Shown: positions 31,679 through 41,979, numbered from the stretch's first letter. The stretch is 64,000 nt of DNA from an uncultured bacterium (GCA_963716985.1 OY970323.1:1-64000); one strand, 5' to 3'. Made by a program: numbers and translations. Notes: a model not told the origin generated them from the sequence alone.

Positions 31679-33046
31679 TTATCTTTCAGATAAGTCCTCT
31701 GCTTTTAAAGAAAGAGTATCTTCCCTCGAAAAAGGATGGATTTCCAAGAGCTCAAAAAGAGATTTTTCTACATTCTCAATCGTTGCAGATTGCAGAGCAA
31801 ACAGAGAAAACATCTCTCCCGGCCGTAAGATTTTCTCTTCATTTGCCATATGCAGTCTTGCGCTTCCGTTTGTGGCGACAAAATAACGAATGCCCTCTTT
31901 CATTTCTTTAATGCAGGTTTTTGCAAAAGCAGGGAGTCGATGGGAAAAAATTTGATAATTTTTGTTCTCCTTCAACACCTCTTTTGACTCAGAAGTGGAA
32001 AGCTCCTTGGCTGCTTGTCCTCGTTTTTGCAGCTCTTCGATGAGTTTCTTCACTTTTTGCGACTCTCCCTTCTTGGCCATAAAAAGGGCATCGGGAGTTT
32101 CGACAATAAGAACATCTTCAAGGCCAATGGTAGAAATGAGCCTTTTTCCTCCAATGATGAGACTATTTTTTGTGTCGATATCGACGATGTTTCCCACCTT
32201 GACATTGGCATTTTGATCCTTGTCTAAAACATCGTAAACGCTATCCCAAGAGCCCACGTCCGACCAGGAAACGGGCAGAGGGCAGAGAAGGATATTCTTG
32301 GACTTTTCCATCACGGCATAGTCAATGGATATTTCGGGCATCTGATCAAATGCATGAAAGAGACTAAGATAATCTCCCTGTACATGCGCATACATTTGCG
32401 GCACATGGGCCTTGAGCTCCTTCCAAAAAATCTCGGGAGTAAAGAAAAAAATGCCCGCATTCCAATAATAATTTCCTTCGAAGAGATACTGCTTGGCCCT
32501 TTCGAGATCCGGCTTTTCCACAAAACTCTCTACTTCAAAGAAGAGAGAGTTTTTTTTCTTTCCCACCCGGATATACCCATATCCCGTATCGGGCCGATTG
32601 GGCAATATGCCGAATGCGACGATTTTATTTTTGATCTTTTTCTCTTTGACTTTTTCAAGATAAGAAAGAAATACCTCTTCCGGACTGATCAAATGATCGG
32701 AAGGAAGAACGAGGATGGGAGTGTCGGGCCTCGCCCCCAATTTTTCTTCGATATAGCGAACAGACAGAGCGATCGCCGGAGCGGTATTTTTTCGATAAGG
32801 CTCGACGAGTATGCAAATTTTTCTATCGGGATCGACTTGCGCCAGCTGCTTTTCCACAAGGTGCGCATAATGGGCATGGGTCACCACAAGGATCTTTTCG
32901 ACAAAAGGACAATCGATAAAGCGCTTGACCGACTTTTGCAAAAGAGATTCCTGGTCCTTAAAAACCAAAAACTGTTTGGGATAATCAAGTCTTGAAAAAG
33001 GCCAGAGCCTCGTGCCTCCGCCGCCTGCCAAAATGACAACCTTCAT
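31679..33046 (-). CDS. manC: Mannose-1-phosphate guanylyltransferase (with degenerate C-terminal cupin)
   Basis: VILAGGGGTRLWPFSR..PKQF, NTAPAI, FVEKPD, SIDYAVME, WSDVGSW. Confidence 0.92.
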   Translation of the reverse strand: MKVVILAGGGGTRLWPFSRLDYPKQFLVFKDQESLLQKSVKRFIDCPFVEKILVVTHAHYAHLVEKQLAQVDPDRKICILVEPYRKNTAPAIALSVRYIEEKLGARPDTPILVLPSDHLISPEEVFLSYLEKVKEKKIKNKIVAFGILPNRPDTGYGYIRVGKKKNSLFFEVESFVEKPDLERAKQYLFEGNYYWNAGIFFFTPEIFWKELKAHVPQMYAHVQGDYLSLFHAFDQMPEISIDYAVMEKSKNILLCPLPVSWSDVGSWDSVYDVLDKDQNANVKVGNIVDIDTKNSLIIGGKRLISTIGLEDVLIVETPDALFMAKKGESQKVKKLIEELQKRGQAAKELSTSESKEVLKENKNYQIFSHRLPAFAKTCIKEMKEGIRYFVATNGSARLHMANEEKILRPGEMFSLFALQSATIENVEKSLFELLEIHPFSREDTLSLKAEDLSER

Positions 33047-34149
33047 AATCCCTCCTGAAACGCTTGGACTTTTTGATCGACAAACGCTTGGAACTCTTTT
33101 TTGAATCGCTCAGTTGAAAATTTTTCTGCATGGCGTCGTATACGCATGGGATCGAACGATTTTTTTTCAAATAACTCGACAGATTCCATGAGAGAGCCGA
33201 TCTCCTGCTGCGAGTAGAAAAGGCCCGTTTCCCCTTCTATGATCGTTTCCTTTACGGCGCCCCTTCCAAAGGCAATCACCGGAGTGCCGCAAGCTTGCGC
33301 CTCTACGGGCAAGATGCCAAAATCTTCCACGGCTGCAAAAACAAACGCCTTGGCTCTCTGCAGATATTCTTTCAAAACCGAGTCGCTTTGATAGCCCAAA
33401 ATCTCAATGTTTTTTGCCGATTTTGCACGAACTTTTGCCCTATCCGGCCCATCGCCGATAACCACCAGCTTCCTGCTCGGCATTTGAGAAAAAGCTGCGA
33501 CAATGAGGTCCATTTTCTTATAAGGAACCATCCGCGAAGCGGTGAGATAGAAATCTTCTTTTTGCGTCGCTAATGTAAAGCTCTTTACATCCACCGGAGG
33601 ATAGATCACATCCGCTTGCTTGCCATAAATTTTCCGGATGCGCCCGGCAACAAATTTTGAATTTGCCACATAAGCATCTACTCTAGAAGAAGAATGAGCG
33701 TCCCACATGCGCAAATAATGCAAGAAAAGCCGTGCCGCTGCTTTTGTTCCAAGAGATAGTCGCGCTTCTTGAAGATATTGATGGTACAAATCCCAAGCAT
33801 AGCGCATCGGGGTATGGCAATAGCAAATATGCAACTGCTCCCCATGGGTCAATACTCCCTTTGCAACGGCATGAGAAGAAGAAATCACGCAATCGAAGTT
33901 GGAAAGGTCGAACTGTTCAATTGCCATGGGGAAAAAGGGCAGATAAAAACGATATTTGGCTTTAGCAAAGGGAAGTTTTTGAATGAAAGAGGCATGAATC
34001 TCTCTTTTCTCGAAATAGGTCTTTTGCAATTGTTTTTCATCTTGGAGCAGACAGTAAATCGGAGAGGGAAAAAGTTCGTGGATCGATTGTAAAACTTTTT
34101 CTCCGCCGCCAATTCCAACAAGCCAATCATGAACAAGTGCTGTCTTCAT
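33043..34149 (-). CDS. Glycosyltransferase family 4 (mannosyltransferase-like)
   Basis: HDWL..GGGEKV, CHTPMRYAWD, EDFGILPVEAQACG. Confidence 0.92.
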   Translation of the reverse strand: MKTALVHDWLVGIGGGEKVLQSIHELFPSPIYCLLQDEKQLQKTYFEKREIHASFIQKLPFAKAKYRFYLPFFPMAIEQFDLSNFDCVISSSHAVAKGVLTHGEQLHICYCHTPMRYAWDLYHQYLQEARLSLGTKAAARLFLHYLRMWDAHSSSRVDAYVANSKFVAGRIRKIYGKQADVIYPPVDVKSFTLATQKEDFYLTASRMVPYKKMDLIVAAFSQMPSRKLVVIGDGPDRAKVRAKSAKNIEILGYQSDSVLKEYLQRAKAFVFAAVEDFGILPVEAQACGTPVIAFGRGAVKETIIEGETGLFYSQQEIGSLMESVELFEKKSFDPMRIRRHAEKFSTERFKKEFQAFVDQKVQAFQEGL

Positions 34150-35230
34150 GCAAAAGCTCCTCAATGATCGCTAGATGTTGTGCGGCACTTTTTTTCCATG
34201 AGAATTGCTCGATTCTCTTTTTTCCGGATGCAATCAAATGCTGCCTTAAGTGAGTATCCCCAAGAATCTTGACCATCGCATCTTTCATTGTCAGGGGATC
34301 ATAGGGATCGATATAAAGAGCAGCATCTTCACAAATTTCCGGAATACTTGCAATACGGGAAGCAATGACAGGACAAGAACTTGCCATCGCTTCCAAGGGG
34401 GGGAGTCCAAATCCCTCATAAACGGAAGGGAAAACCAGAGCGCACGATCGATGGTAGATCATAGGCAGGTCTTCATCAGGGATATTTTTGAGCCAAAGGA
34501 CCTTCTCCCGAATGTTCCCAAATCGCTCCATGAGCTCTTCAAACAACTTCCCAAACCCTTTCCCTACAATGACTAAAAAAACATCCCTCTTCTCCCTTGC
34601 GAGGAGTTGAAAGGCTTGCAAAAGACCGAGCAGGTTTTTATGCGGCTTTACATTTCCGACAAAAAGGAAATATTTTTGGGGAAGAAGGGAGAGAATCTTT
34701 TCGTTTTTTTCCGGTACTTTAGAAAATTGTGTAGGGGAAACGCCGCAATAAACAACGGAGGTCTTTTTAAAAAATTTTGGAAAAAATTTCTCTATCTCTG
34801 AAAGAGTAAAAAGGGAAACTGTCACAACGCGATCCGCCTTTCGCATGGCTTGAGAGATCACAATTCTTGCATAGATTTTTTTCATCCAATGCAACTGTGA
34901 AAAAAAAGCCAAATGATAGAGGTCATGAATGGTAATAAGTCTCTTTTTGGCACGAATGGGAAAGAGAGGCGCATTGAAATGGGGAGACCAAAAAAGATCG
35001 CAGGGAGGAATCAATTGCGGCAGGTGGATCTGCTCGCGCAGGGAGTAGATCGGATCTTCGCAAAAAATAAGGGGATAGGAAAGCAGCCAAGGAGAGGTTT
35101 TCAAGGCGTTCTGTGAAACAATAAGAGTTAGGTCCAAATCCCCTTTCGACAAAAGAGGAATCAGATTCTTTAAATAGGTTCCGATCCCAGAATGCTCGAT
35201 CATGCGAGCGTCGATACAAATTTTTTTCAT
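34127..35230 (-). CDS. Glycosyltransferase family 4
   Basis: IDARM..SGIGTY, KPHKNL, YEGFGLPPLEAMA. Confidence 0.92.
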   Translation of the reverse strand: MKKICIDARMIEHSGIGTYLKNLIPLLSKGDLDLTLIVSQNALKTSPWLLSYPLIFCEDPIYSLREQIHLPQLIPPCDLFWSPHFNAPLFPIRAKKRLITIHDLYHLAFFSQLHWMKKIYARIVISQAMRKADRVVTVSLFTLSEIEKFFPKFFKKTSVVYCGVSPTQFSKVPEKNEKILSLLPQKYFLFVGNVKPHKNLLGLLQAFQLLAREKRDVFLVIVGKGFGKLFEELMERFGNIREKVLWLKNIPDEDLPMIYHRSCALVFPSVYEGFGLPPLEAMASSCPVIASRIASIPEICEDAALYIDPYDPLTMKDAMVKILGDTHLRQHLIASGKKRIEQFSWKKSAAQHLAIIEELLHEDSTCS

Positions 35231-35326
35231 TTCAAATTTTTCGGTCATGCAAAAAAATTAACGGCTCAAGAATAAAAAGCCAAAGGAATTCCTCTGAGCC
35301 AAACAAAGGGATCTCGAAAGATTTTT

Positions 35327-35355
35327 TTGATTTATTTCAAAGCGCGCTTTATAAT
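35327..35355 (+). promoter_or_regulatory. Sigma70/sigma66-type promoter
   Basis: TTGATT (35327-35332)-N17-TATAAT (35350-35355), followed by GGAGG at 35369-35373. Confidence 0.7.
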
Positions 35356-35377
35356 TTCGCAAATTCTTGGAGGCTTT

Positions 35378-35758
35378 GTCAATCACCCCTCCCTAAAGGG
35401 AGAGGCTTGTTATGAAACACGCCTTGGTTGACCAGACTAAGTACCGTAGTTTGACAAACGTTTAAGGGTACTAAGTTGTATAGAGGCCACAGACCTACCT
35501 TGGGATGCTTCCTCAGTTCCAAGTTCTAGAAACTCTGGTTGCAGACAAGCGACAGGGTAAGCACGAAACGGATTAGAGTACGTGCCGCTATACAACATTG
35601 TCGAGGGGAGAGAACATTGCAAGTCAGCTTTGTTCCGTAACAAGGCCCTTACGGGCATTGATAGGGGGAGCAATCCCCCTGTTTTTAAACTTTAACAACA
35701 AAAGGAGCAGCGTTTCCTCCCACCCCTAAAGGGATGGGGTTCCGCGCTGTCAAATAGG
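35378..35758 (+). mobile_element. Non-autonomous IS200/IS605 (IscB-type) element carrying a complete HEARO/omegaRNA and no protein gene
   Basis: Both end hairpins are present (GTCAATCACCCCTCCCTAAAGGGAGAGGC and TTCCTCCCACCCCTAAAGGGATGGGG). Internal motifs are GTTGACCAGACTAAGT, ACCTTGGGATGCTTCCTCAGTTCCAAG and AACATTGTCGAGGGGAG. The element is followed by ATGAA. Confidence 0.88.
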
Positions 35759-36481
35759 ATGAAAAAAATCATTCTCTGTTTTTCTTTCTCCCTTTTCTTT
35801 TTCATTCAGAATTTAGGCGCCCTTGCAAATCCCGAAGAGTATCGATATCTCGATGCGCTTGCTCTGCAATCAGGAGCAGATAAAGCATCTAATTATCACA
35901 ACTATACGGAAGTCTATGCACAATATTTTGCACCTCTCAAAGACCGTCCGATTAAGTTTTTGGAAATAGGAATCTACCAGGGAAGCAGCGTGAAGTTATG
36001 GGAGTCCTACTTCAAACAAGCAGACCTCCATTTCATCGACATTACCTTTAGTGAGGTTCAATATTATTCTCCCCGCTCCCATTACCATTTGGCCAATCAA
36101 GAAAATCCTCGCGATTTAGAGAAATTTATCCGTGCAGCCGGAGGAGATTTCGACATTATTCTTGACGATGGGGGCCATACGATGAATATGCAGATCGTCA
36201 GTTTTAAAACACTCTTTCCGCACTTAAAAAGCGGAGGACTCTACATCATCGAAGATCTCCACACCTCCTACTGGCCCTCTTTCGGCGGAGGAGAAAACCG
36301 CGGAACTACGGTTTCTTTTCTCAAGAGCTTGATCGATGAATTGAATTTTGTCGGGAATCGCACCACACGCGCAAGCCATCGCGATCTCGCCCCTTCGCTT
36401 CTCGACAGCCTCTCTCCCTATCAGAGAGAAATAGAATCCATTCATTTTTATGATAGCCTGGCCATCATCATCAAAAGGTAA
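35759..36481 (+). CDS. Class I SAM-dependent methyltransferase (sugar O-methyltransferase-like) with N-terminal signal peptide
   Basis: GADK...HNYTEVY, FLEIGI, FDIILDDGGH, GGLYIIEDLHTSYW. Confidence 0.85.
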   Translation: MKKIILCFSFSLFFFIQNLGALANPEEYRYLDALALQSGADKASNYHNYTEVYAQYFAPLKDRPIKFLEIGIYQGSSVKLWESYFKQADLHFIDITFSEVQYYSPRSHYHLANQENPRDLEKFIRAAGGDFDIILDDGGHTMNMQIVSFKTLFPHLKSGGLYIIEDLHTSYWPSFGGGENRGTTVSFLKSLIDELNFVGNRTTRASHRDLAPSLLDSLSPYQREIESIHFYDSLAIIIKR

Positions 36482-36565
36482 TCAGAGCATAGACTGCCCC
36501 GCTAGTCAAATAGGTGATGTGTAAGCTGAAGGCCCCATTGTCATCTGATGCCTAGCGGATTAGTT

Positions 36566-36825
36566 CTAATCTGCCAATTTCCAGGAAACTAATATTCTTG
36601 CCAATATTCCAATTGCTAAATCCATGGCTCCCAAAGAAATTATTGCTGCTTGGATTGTCACAGTTCCCTGTATGAGATAGATCATTGCTCCTACTAAAAG
36701 AACTTGGCGAAAAAATTCGAGAAGTTTCTCCGATATCTTAAATGCTACTGTTTTTACCTGCTTGCTATACGAATCGGATCCCCAAACATAAAAAGAAAAA
36801 TCGGGCCATTTTTTGGCTGGATGAA
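36566..36825 (-). pseudogene. Possible start-less fragment of a hydrophobic (Inc-like) protein
   Basis: About 85 open codons with the hydrophobic run VLLVGAMIYLIQGTVTIQAAIISLGAMDLAIGILARILVSW; an A9 tract lies at the upstream edge. Confidence 0.25.
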
Positions 36826-36908
36826 AAAAAAACCACTAAATCGCAAAAAGTAAACAAGATAGAAAAATTCTACTCTTGGGCAGTTTTAGAGCAACCTTAT
36901 TTTTAGCA

Positions 36909-38882
36909 TCAAAAATATAGAGCAATTTCTGCTACTACCTGATGCGATTGGTATTGAGATCCAATTCCCCCCTGGTATGTCAAACTGCCACGAGGATACT
37001 GGTGACATTTAGGTGAAAATAAAAAGCCCAATTCCCAACTACCCATGTTTTGCGCATGGGTCAATGTCGTTAAGTTCAAAAATTGAGGAATCCCAATGAG
37101 AAAGGAGGTAATTCCGTTATTGAAACCTTTTTGATATGCATAACTTCCCTTCTGACGAAGCGTCAGAGTTCCCCAAGGCCATCGCAACATCTCGTTGAAG
37201 CGCAATCCTGATTCGCATCGCAAAAAAGAGCACCATTTTCCTGTTTGTCCAAAATCTAGGACACCCGTTCCTTTTTCTCTGAATCGATGCTCCCATGTAG
37301 AGACCCAGTCCACCGTTGCAAAAGGCTCGATGCCAAACCAATCGGCGCTCTTTGCAGTGATATAATCATAACCAATCTCACAATGTGGCACTACTTGCCA
37401 TCCATGGGCCGTAGAACGAGCCGATCCGTAAAATCCGGGAAAATCGATGATCCTCCGATTACGGTTATGATAATATCCTCCAAAACCGGCTACATCGAAA
37501 TACCACTTTTGCACCTTGCAAGTGGCATATAATCCGGTCGCTCCTTGGTCAATATGAATCTGCCCCAACCCGCCTTTTTCATGAATATGCGAGCGTGCTA
37601 TAGCAATTGCCGCTCCCCAAGGAACTCTATGGTGCAGGTCCAAGCCTAGGACAATGCCTCCACTTCCGCTGGTAAAGGCCGGCGTTTGGTGCTGCGCCGC
37701 ATTACGTGCCAAATCGCCAAACAGCTCAAACCAAGGAGCGTATCGAACTTTGCTCTGAGATAGGCAATACCGCCATCTTTTGTCATCGGATGCAAGAGTT
37801 TCTTCTTCAGATGGTGCATTCCGAGATGAATAGCTTAACCATCGATTTTGACTCATGTGAAAGTTTACTTTCTGACTCATGAGCAATTGATTGATCTGCG
37901 CTGAAAAAGTTCCGATCGCATTACGGATTGGCGATGCTTTTTGCAGGGCATCGATTAGATCGCTCTGACTATCGAATAAGTAAATGGTCGGCTGCGACCC
38001 ATAACGGTTGAGGTAATTTGCAAGATGAAGTGAATTTCCTTTTAAATTTTGAAGAGGTATTTGAAAAAAGATTGCGATTCCCCAAAGATAGGTTCCTGCA
38101 GGTCCGCCGGTTGTGACTAAAGTAGCATTGGGAAAAGGTTCATTGAAATTCATCGAGTAGACGTTTCCATTGTTCACAAAATAAGCAACTTGGTGATCAA
38201 ATGCCACGCCATTGCCGGCTTCAGGCATCGAAGAAAACGTGATATTTGACGACTGAAGATTGACTACATAGAGAAGTCTATCTGCTCCCGTCGCAAAGAC
38301 CATATTTTGATTGAGAGCGACAAAAAGCAGCGGAACAGGAGCTGGTGTAGTTGTTACTTGAGCTGGAGTGCTGGGAGATCTAAGATCGAGCGAATAGAGA
38401 TGTCCATTAAAAGCTCCTATGTAAGCAATTTGACGATCCAAAGCAATTCCATTTAAGATAGTGGGTGCAGGTCCGGCTGTGATGATAACAGGAGCGGGGG
38501 AGGAAGAATTGAGATTCATCGAATAAACATTTCCATCGAACCCAGTCAAATAAGCCGTTTGACCCTCAACCGCCATTCCCGAAATGTCGACGGTATGTGG
38601 TGCAACCAAAGTCAGTGTGTTGGAAGAGTTAAGTTGCATAGAATAGACAGTTCCATCATCTCCCAAGAAATAGGCTTTTTGATTTATTAAAGAAATATGA
38701 TGGAGGGGATTAGGAGCTCCGCCACCTGTCGTGAGAAGCTCAGGGGTTGGAGATGAGTTATGTAAATCAATCGAGTAGACATTGCCGTCTTCACCGCAAA
38801 CATAGGCAACATTCGCATCGGCTTGAATCGCACACAAAAAAACTGTAAGAAAACTAAAAATGCTTGCTTTAATTTTTTTCAT
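36909..38882 (-). CDS. Autotransporter (type V) with repeat passenger
   Basis: Signal peptide; six ~40-aa AY..G.DGNVYS.. repeats; ~280-aa C-terminal beta-barrel ending in YF. Confidence 0.85.
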   Translation of the reverse strand: MKKIKASIFSFLTVFLCAIQADANVAYVCGEDGNVYSIDLHNSSPTPELLTTGGGAPNPLHHISLINQKAYFLGDDGTVYSMQLNSSNTLTLVAPHTVDISGMAVEGQTAYLTGFDGNVYSMNLNSSSPAPVIITAGPAPTILNGIALDRQIAYIGAFNGHLYSLDLRSPSTPAQVTTTPAPVPLLFVALNQNMVFATGADRLLYVVNLQSSNITFSSMPEAGNGVAFDHQVAYFVNNGNVYSMNFNEPFPNATLVTTGGPAGTYLWGIAIFFQIPLQNLKGNSLHLANYLNRYGSQPTIYLFDSQSDLIDALQKASPIRNAIGTFSAQINQLLMSQKVNFHMSQNRWLSYSSRNAPSEEETLASDDKRWRYCLSQSKVRYAPWFELFGDLARNAAQHQTPAFTSGSGGIVLGLDLHHRVPWGAAIAIARSHIHEKGGLGQIHIDQGATGLYATCKVQKWYFDVAGFGGYYHNRNRRIIDFPGFYGSARSTAHGWQVVPHCEIGYDYITAKSADWFGIEPFATVDWVSTWEHRFREKGTGVLDFGQTGKWCSFLRCESGLRFNEMLRWPWGTLTLRQKGSYAYQKGFNNGITSFLIGIPQFLNLTTLTHAQNMGSWELGFLFSPKCHQYPRGSLTYQGGIGSQYQSHQVVAEIALYF

Positions 38883-39106
38883 TAAAGGGGTTTATCCATT
38901 TTCTATACGGATATAGGCAAGCAGCTTTTTTAGCCATCCTTTTTACATTTTTTCCTCCTAGCACTTTACTTCACGACCTATCTGATTTCCTATTTTCTGG
39001 GCATGCAGCCGATCGTTATAAAACGCTATTATGCCGAAAAGCCTCTCCTTGCAAAATAACTCCATTCATCTGAAAATCTCCTCAAAAGAGCAACTCCTGA
39101 AAAAGA

Positions 39107-40150
39107 GTGGATAAAATGGCGCCGCAGATCACAGCAATCCTTCCGACTTTCCGAAGGCCTCAATTCCTAAAACAAGCAATAGAAAGCATACTCGATCAAA
39201 CATGTAAGGATTTCCTCATTTGGGTATTCGATAATGCATCCGAAGATGAAACCGAAGAGGTAGTGAATGCATTTTCAAAAAAAGACCCTCGCGTCCATTA
39301 TTTTTGCCATAAAAAAAACATCGGCATGCAATCGAATTTTCGCTTTGCACTGCAACGTGTCCGGACGCCATTTGTCTCGATCGTTTCCGATGATGATTTT
39401 TTGTTCCCCTGGTTTTACAAAGAGGCAATGGAAAAGCTGACCCAGTTTCCAAAGGCTGCTTTCTTTTCCGGAACAACGGTCATTCTGGACAAGAAGGATC
39501 GATTCTTGAACTGGGAAAAAAATCAGATCAAGGAGGGATACTCTCCTCCTCTGGATAAACATTTTCTTTTGCCCACCACCTATTGGATCTCCTCTCTTTT
39601 TCGCACATCGATCAGTCAAAAAATGAATTTTCAGACAAATTTGATTTCATTTGATTTGGATTTTCTTGCCCGCATCTGTTGCCAATATCCCTTTTATGTA
39701 TCTTCAAGGCCCTGCGCCGGCTATCGAAGCCATCCCACATCTTTTTCTGTGAATTTGCAGCCCAAAGAATTTTTCGCCTCTTTTTTATATGCAAAAAAAA
39801 GGATGCATCAAGAATCGAACATCAAGAAGCATATGAGAACGCAAATCGATGGCTACCTGAGCCGGTTCTATCAGCATTCTTTTTTTATGCAGGGAATAAA
39901 ATCCATTGCGCAAAAAGACTTTGCTGCCTCTCTGACAGCCGCTGATATTTTACAAAAAACTTTTCAAGATTCCTTCCGCAGCTTACTCTTGAAATGCGGC
40001 GCAACCGCATGCAAAAAAAGTTCTTTTTTTTATCGACTTGCCTGCCTTCTTCTTTTTGTCCGACGATGGATCCTGATTTCCTTTAGGAAAAGAGGATTGA
40101 GTAAAGAATGCAACTGCTGGATTGAAAAATATAGGATGGAACGCTCATGA
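39107..40150 (+). CDS. Glycosyltransferase family 2
   Basis: ILPTFRRP, FDNASEDET, SDDDFL. Confidence 0.9.
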   Translation: MDKMAPQITAILPTFRRPQFLKQAIESILDQTCKDFLIWVFDNASEDETEEVVNAFSKKDPRVHYFCHKKNIGMQSNFRFALQRVRTPFVSIVSDDDFLFPWFYKEAMEKLTQFPKAAFFSGTTVILDKKDRFLNWEKNQIKEGYSPPLDKHFLLPTTYWISSLFRTSISQKMNFQTNLISFDLDFLARICCQYPFYVSSRPCAGYRSHPTSFSVNLQPKEFFASFLYAKKRMHQESNIKKHMRTQIDGYLSRFYQHSFFMQGIKSIAQKDFAASLTAADILQKTFQDSFRSLLLKCGATACKKSSFFYRLACLLLFVRRWILISFRKRGLSKECNCWIEKYRMERS

Positions 40151-41979
40151 AATTAAAAATTCTGCAGCAATGGAAATCAGATCCGATCTGGTCTTTGTTT
40201 TTTGAAAAAAAAGGAGTCCTTCTAGCTGTTCTCATTCTGTTTTTAAACCTTTTTGCGGCATTTTTCGAAGGGGCCTCTTTCGGCTCGATTCTTCTCGCAT
40301 TTTCTTCTCTGAGTGGAATCGAATCCATGAACGTATCTTCGATTCCTGTGCTTAAAAACCTTCCTTTGCAACACATCTCTCAAAACTATCTTTTCACTCT
40401 TTTTGTCATTTCCGCCGTGATGCTGCAAACATTGCGCAGCGGCATTAGCTATGTTGCCCAGTACCTTTCGGCAAAACTCTCGTTAAAAATTCAGATGGAG
40501 GCGCAGGTAAAGGTATATGAGCAAATCTTGCGATTTACCTTTCCCTTCGTCAGCCAATATAAAGTCGGGGATCTGGTCAAATATGCAGACGCGCCTGCAG
40601 CCGTCATCCCCATTTTTTTTTATTATGCCAATCAGATCATCGTCTCTTCCTGCATGATCCTGGTCGCAGTGGGAACGATGTTTTATTTGAATATTCCCTT
40701 AACTTGCGTGGCCTTTTTTCTTTTTTCTTCATTTGGCTTTTTGCAGCGCATCATCATTCGCAAAATCGTCCAGCTTTCCAAAAACCTGACCGATCACATC
40801 ACGGAGTTTTCCAAACATGCGGTGCAGAGCCTCTATGCCATGCGGGCCATCCACACATTCAATCGACAAGAAAGTTTTTTTAAAAAAATTGTTGGCACCC
40901 TGCAAGAGATTGTTTTTTCCAGTCAGAAAATCAATCTCTGGAACAATGCAATACCCGCCATCAATGAGATTGTAGGGATTTTGCTGGTCGGCATCCTTCT
41001 GGTTTTTGGAGCCTTTTTCTTAAAAGATTCTTCCAAAAACTTTCTGCCGATTTTGATGACCTTTCTTCTGGTCTCCTATCGATTGTCCACAAAAGTACAA
41101 TTTGTCATCGGCGGGATCGGAGGGATTGCGGCACAGACCGGCTACTTGCTAAGGCTTAAGGAAATACTCGATGAAAAAGGAAAGGAATTTATCAGCAATA
41201 AAGGGGAAAAGTTTTCTCTCTTAAAAAAGGAAATTGCATTCAAAAACGTTTCTTTGAGCTATTTGAAAAACAAGCGCTTTGCCATTCAGAATTTTTCACT
41301 CGTGGTCCCGAAGGGAAAAATTATTGCTCTTGTGGGAGCATCCGGCGCCGGAAAGTCTTCCCTTATCGATCTCATCATTCGACTGTATGATCCGACAGAG
41401 GGACAAATTTTAGTCAACGGCGTCGATCTTCGCTCTTATGAATTGGGAAGCTGGAGGAAAGCGCTCGGAGTCGTTAGCCAAGATACCATTATTTTTAATG
41501 AGTCGATCGAAGAAAACATCCTTTTTGGCCATCCGAAAGCAACAAGTAAACAAATCATCGAAGCCGCAAAGCTCGCTCACGCCCATGAATTTATCCAACA
41601 GTTGCCGCAAGGGTATCAGACCTCTGTTGGCGAGAGAGGATATCGCCTATCGGGCGGCGAGCGGCAAAGGCTGGCGCTGGCCCGTGTGTTCTTACGAGAT
41701 CCGCAAATATTAATACTCGATGAGGCAACTAGTAGTCTGGATAGCCACTCAGAGCGGATGATCCAAGATGCGATAGAGGTTTTTATTCAAAGAAAAAAGA
41801 CCATTTTCGTCGTGGCCCATCGGCTCTCCACCATTTACAAGGCCGATGAGATTTTGGTTTTGCATGACGGACAAATAATCGAAAAAGGAAATCATCAAGC
41901 TCTGCTTGAAAAAAAGGGCTCCTATTTTCAGTTTTGGTCCTTGCAATCTCCCGAAAAATCCTTACAAAAAAGTCTATGA
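40147..41979 (+). CDS. ABC transporter permease/ATPase (MsbA/Wzk/PglK-like glycan flippase)
   Basis: N-terminal TM domain, GASGAGKS, LSGGERQR, ILDEATSSLD; embedded among GT2 genes. Confidence 0.9.
   Translation: MKLKILQQWKSDPIWSLFFEKKGVLLAVLILFLNLFAAFFEGASFGSILLAFSSLSGIESMNVSSIPVLKNLPLQHISQNYLFTLFVISAVMLQTLRSGISYVAQYLSAKLSLKIQMEAQVKVYEQILRFTFPFVSQYKVGDLVKYADAPAAVIPIFFYYANQIIVSSCMILVAVGTMFYLNIPLTCVAFFLFSSFGFLQRIIIRKIVQLSKNLTDHITEFSKHAVQSLYAMRAIHTFNRQESFFKKIVGTLQEIVFSSQKINLWNNAIPAINEIVGILLVGILLVFGAFFLKDSSKNFLPILMTFLLVSYRLSTKVQFVIGGIGGIAAQTGYLLRLKEILDEKGKEFISNKGEKFSLLKKEIAFKNVSLSYLKNKRFAIQNFSLVVPKGKIIALVGASGAGKSSLIDLIIRLYDPTEGQILVNGVDLRSYELGSWRKALGVVSQDTIIFNESIEENILFGHPKATSKQIIEAAKLAHAHEFIQQLPQGYQTSVGERGYRLSGGERQRLALARVFLRDPQILILDEATSSLDSHSERMIQDAIEVFIQRKKTIFVVAHRLSTIYKADEILVLHDGQIIEKGNHQALLEKKGSYFQFWSLQSPEKSLQKSL

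Noticed and set aside
35378..35758. Self-splicing intron (IStron) restoring the RBS-ATG junction
   Set aside because: The motifs match an omegaRNA scaffold. I see no group I or group II intron core and cannot support splicing.
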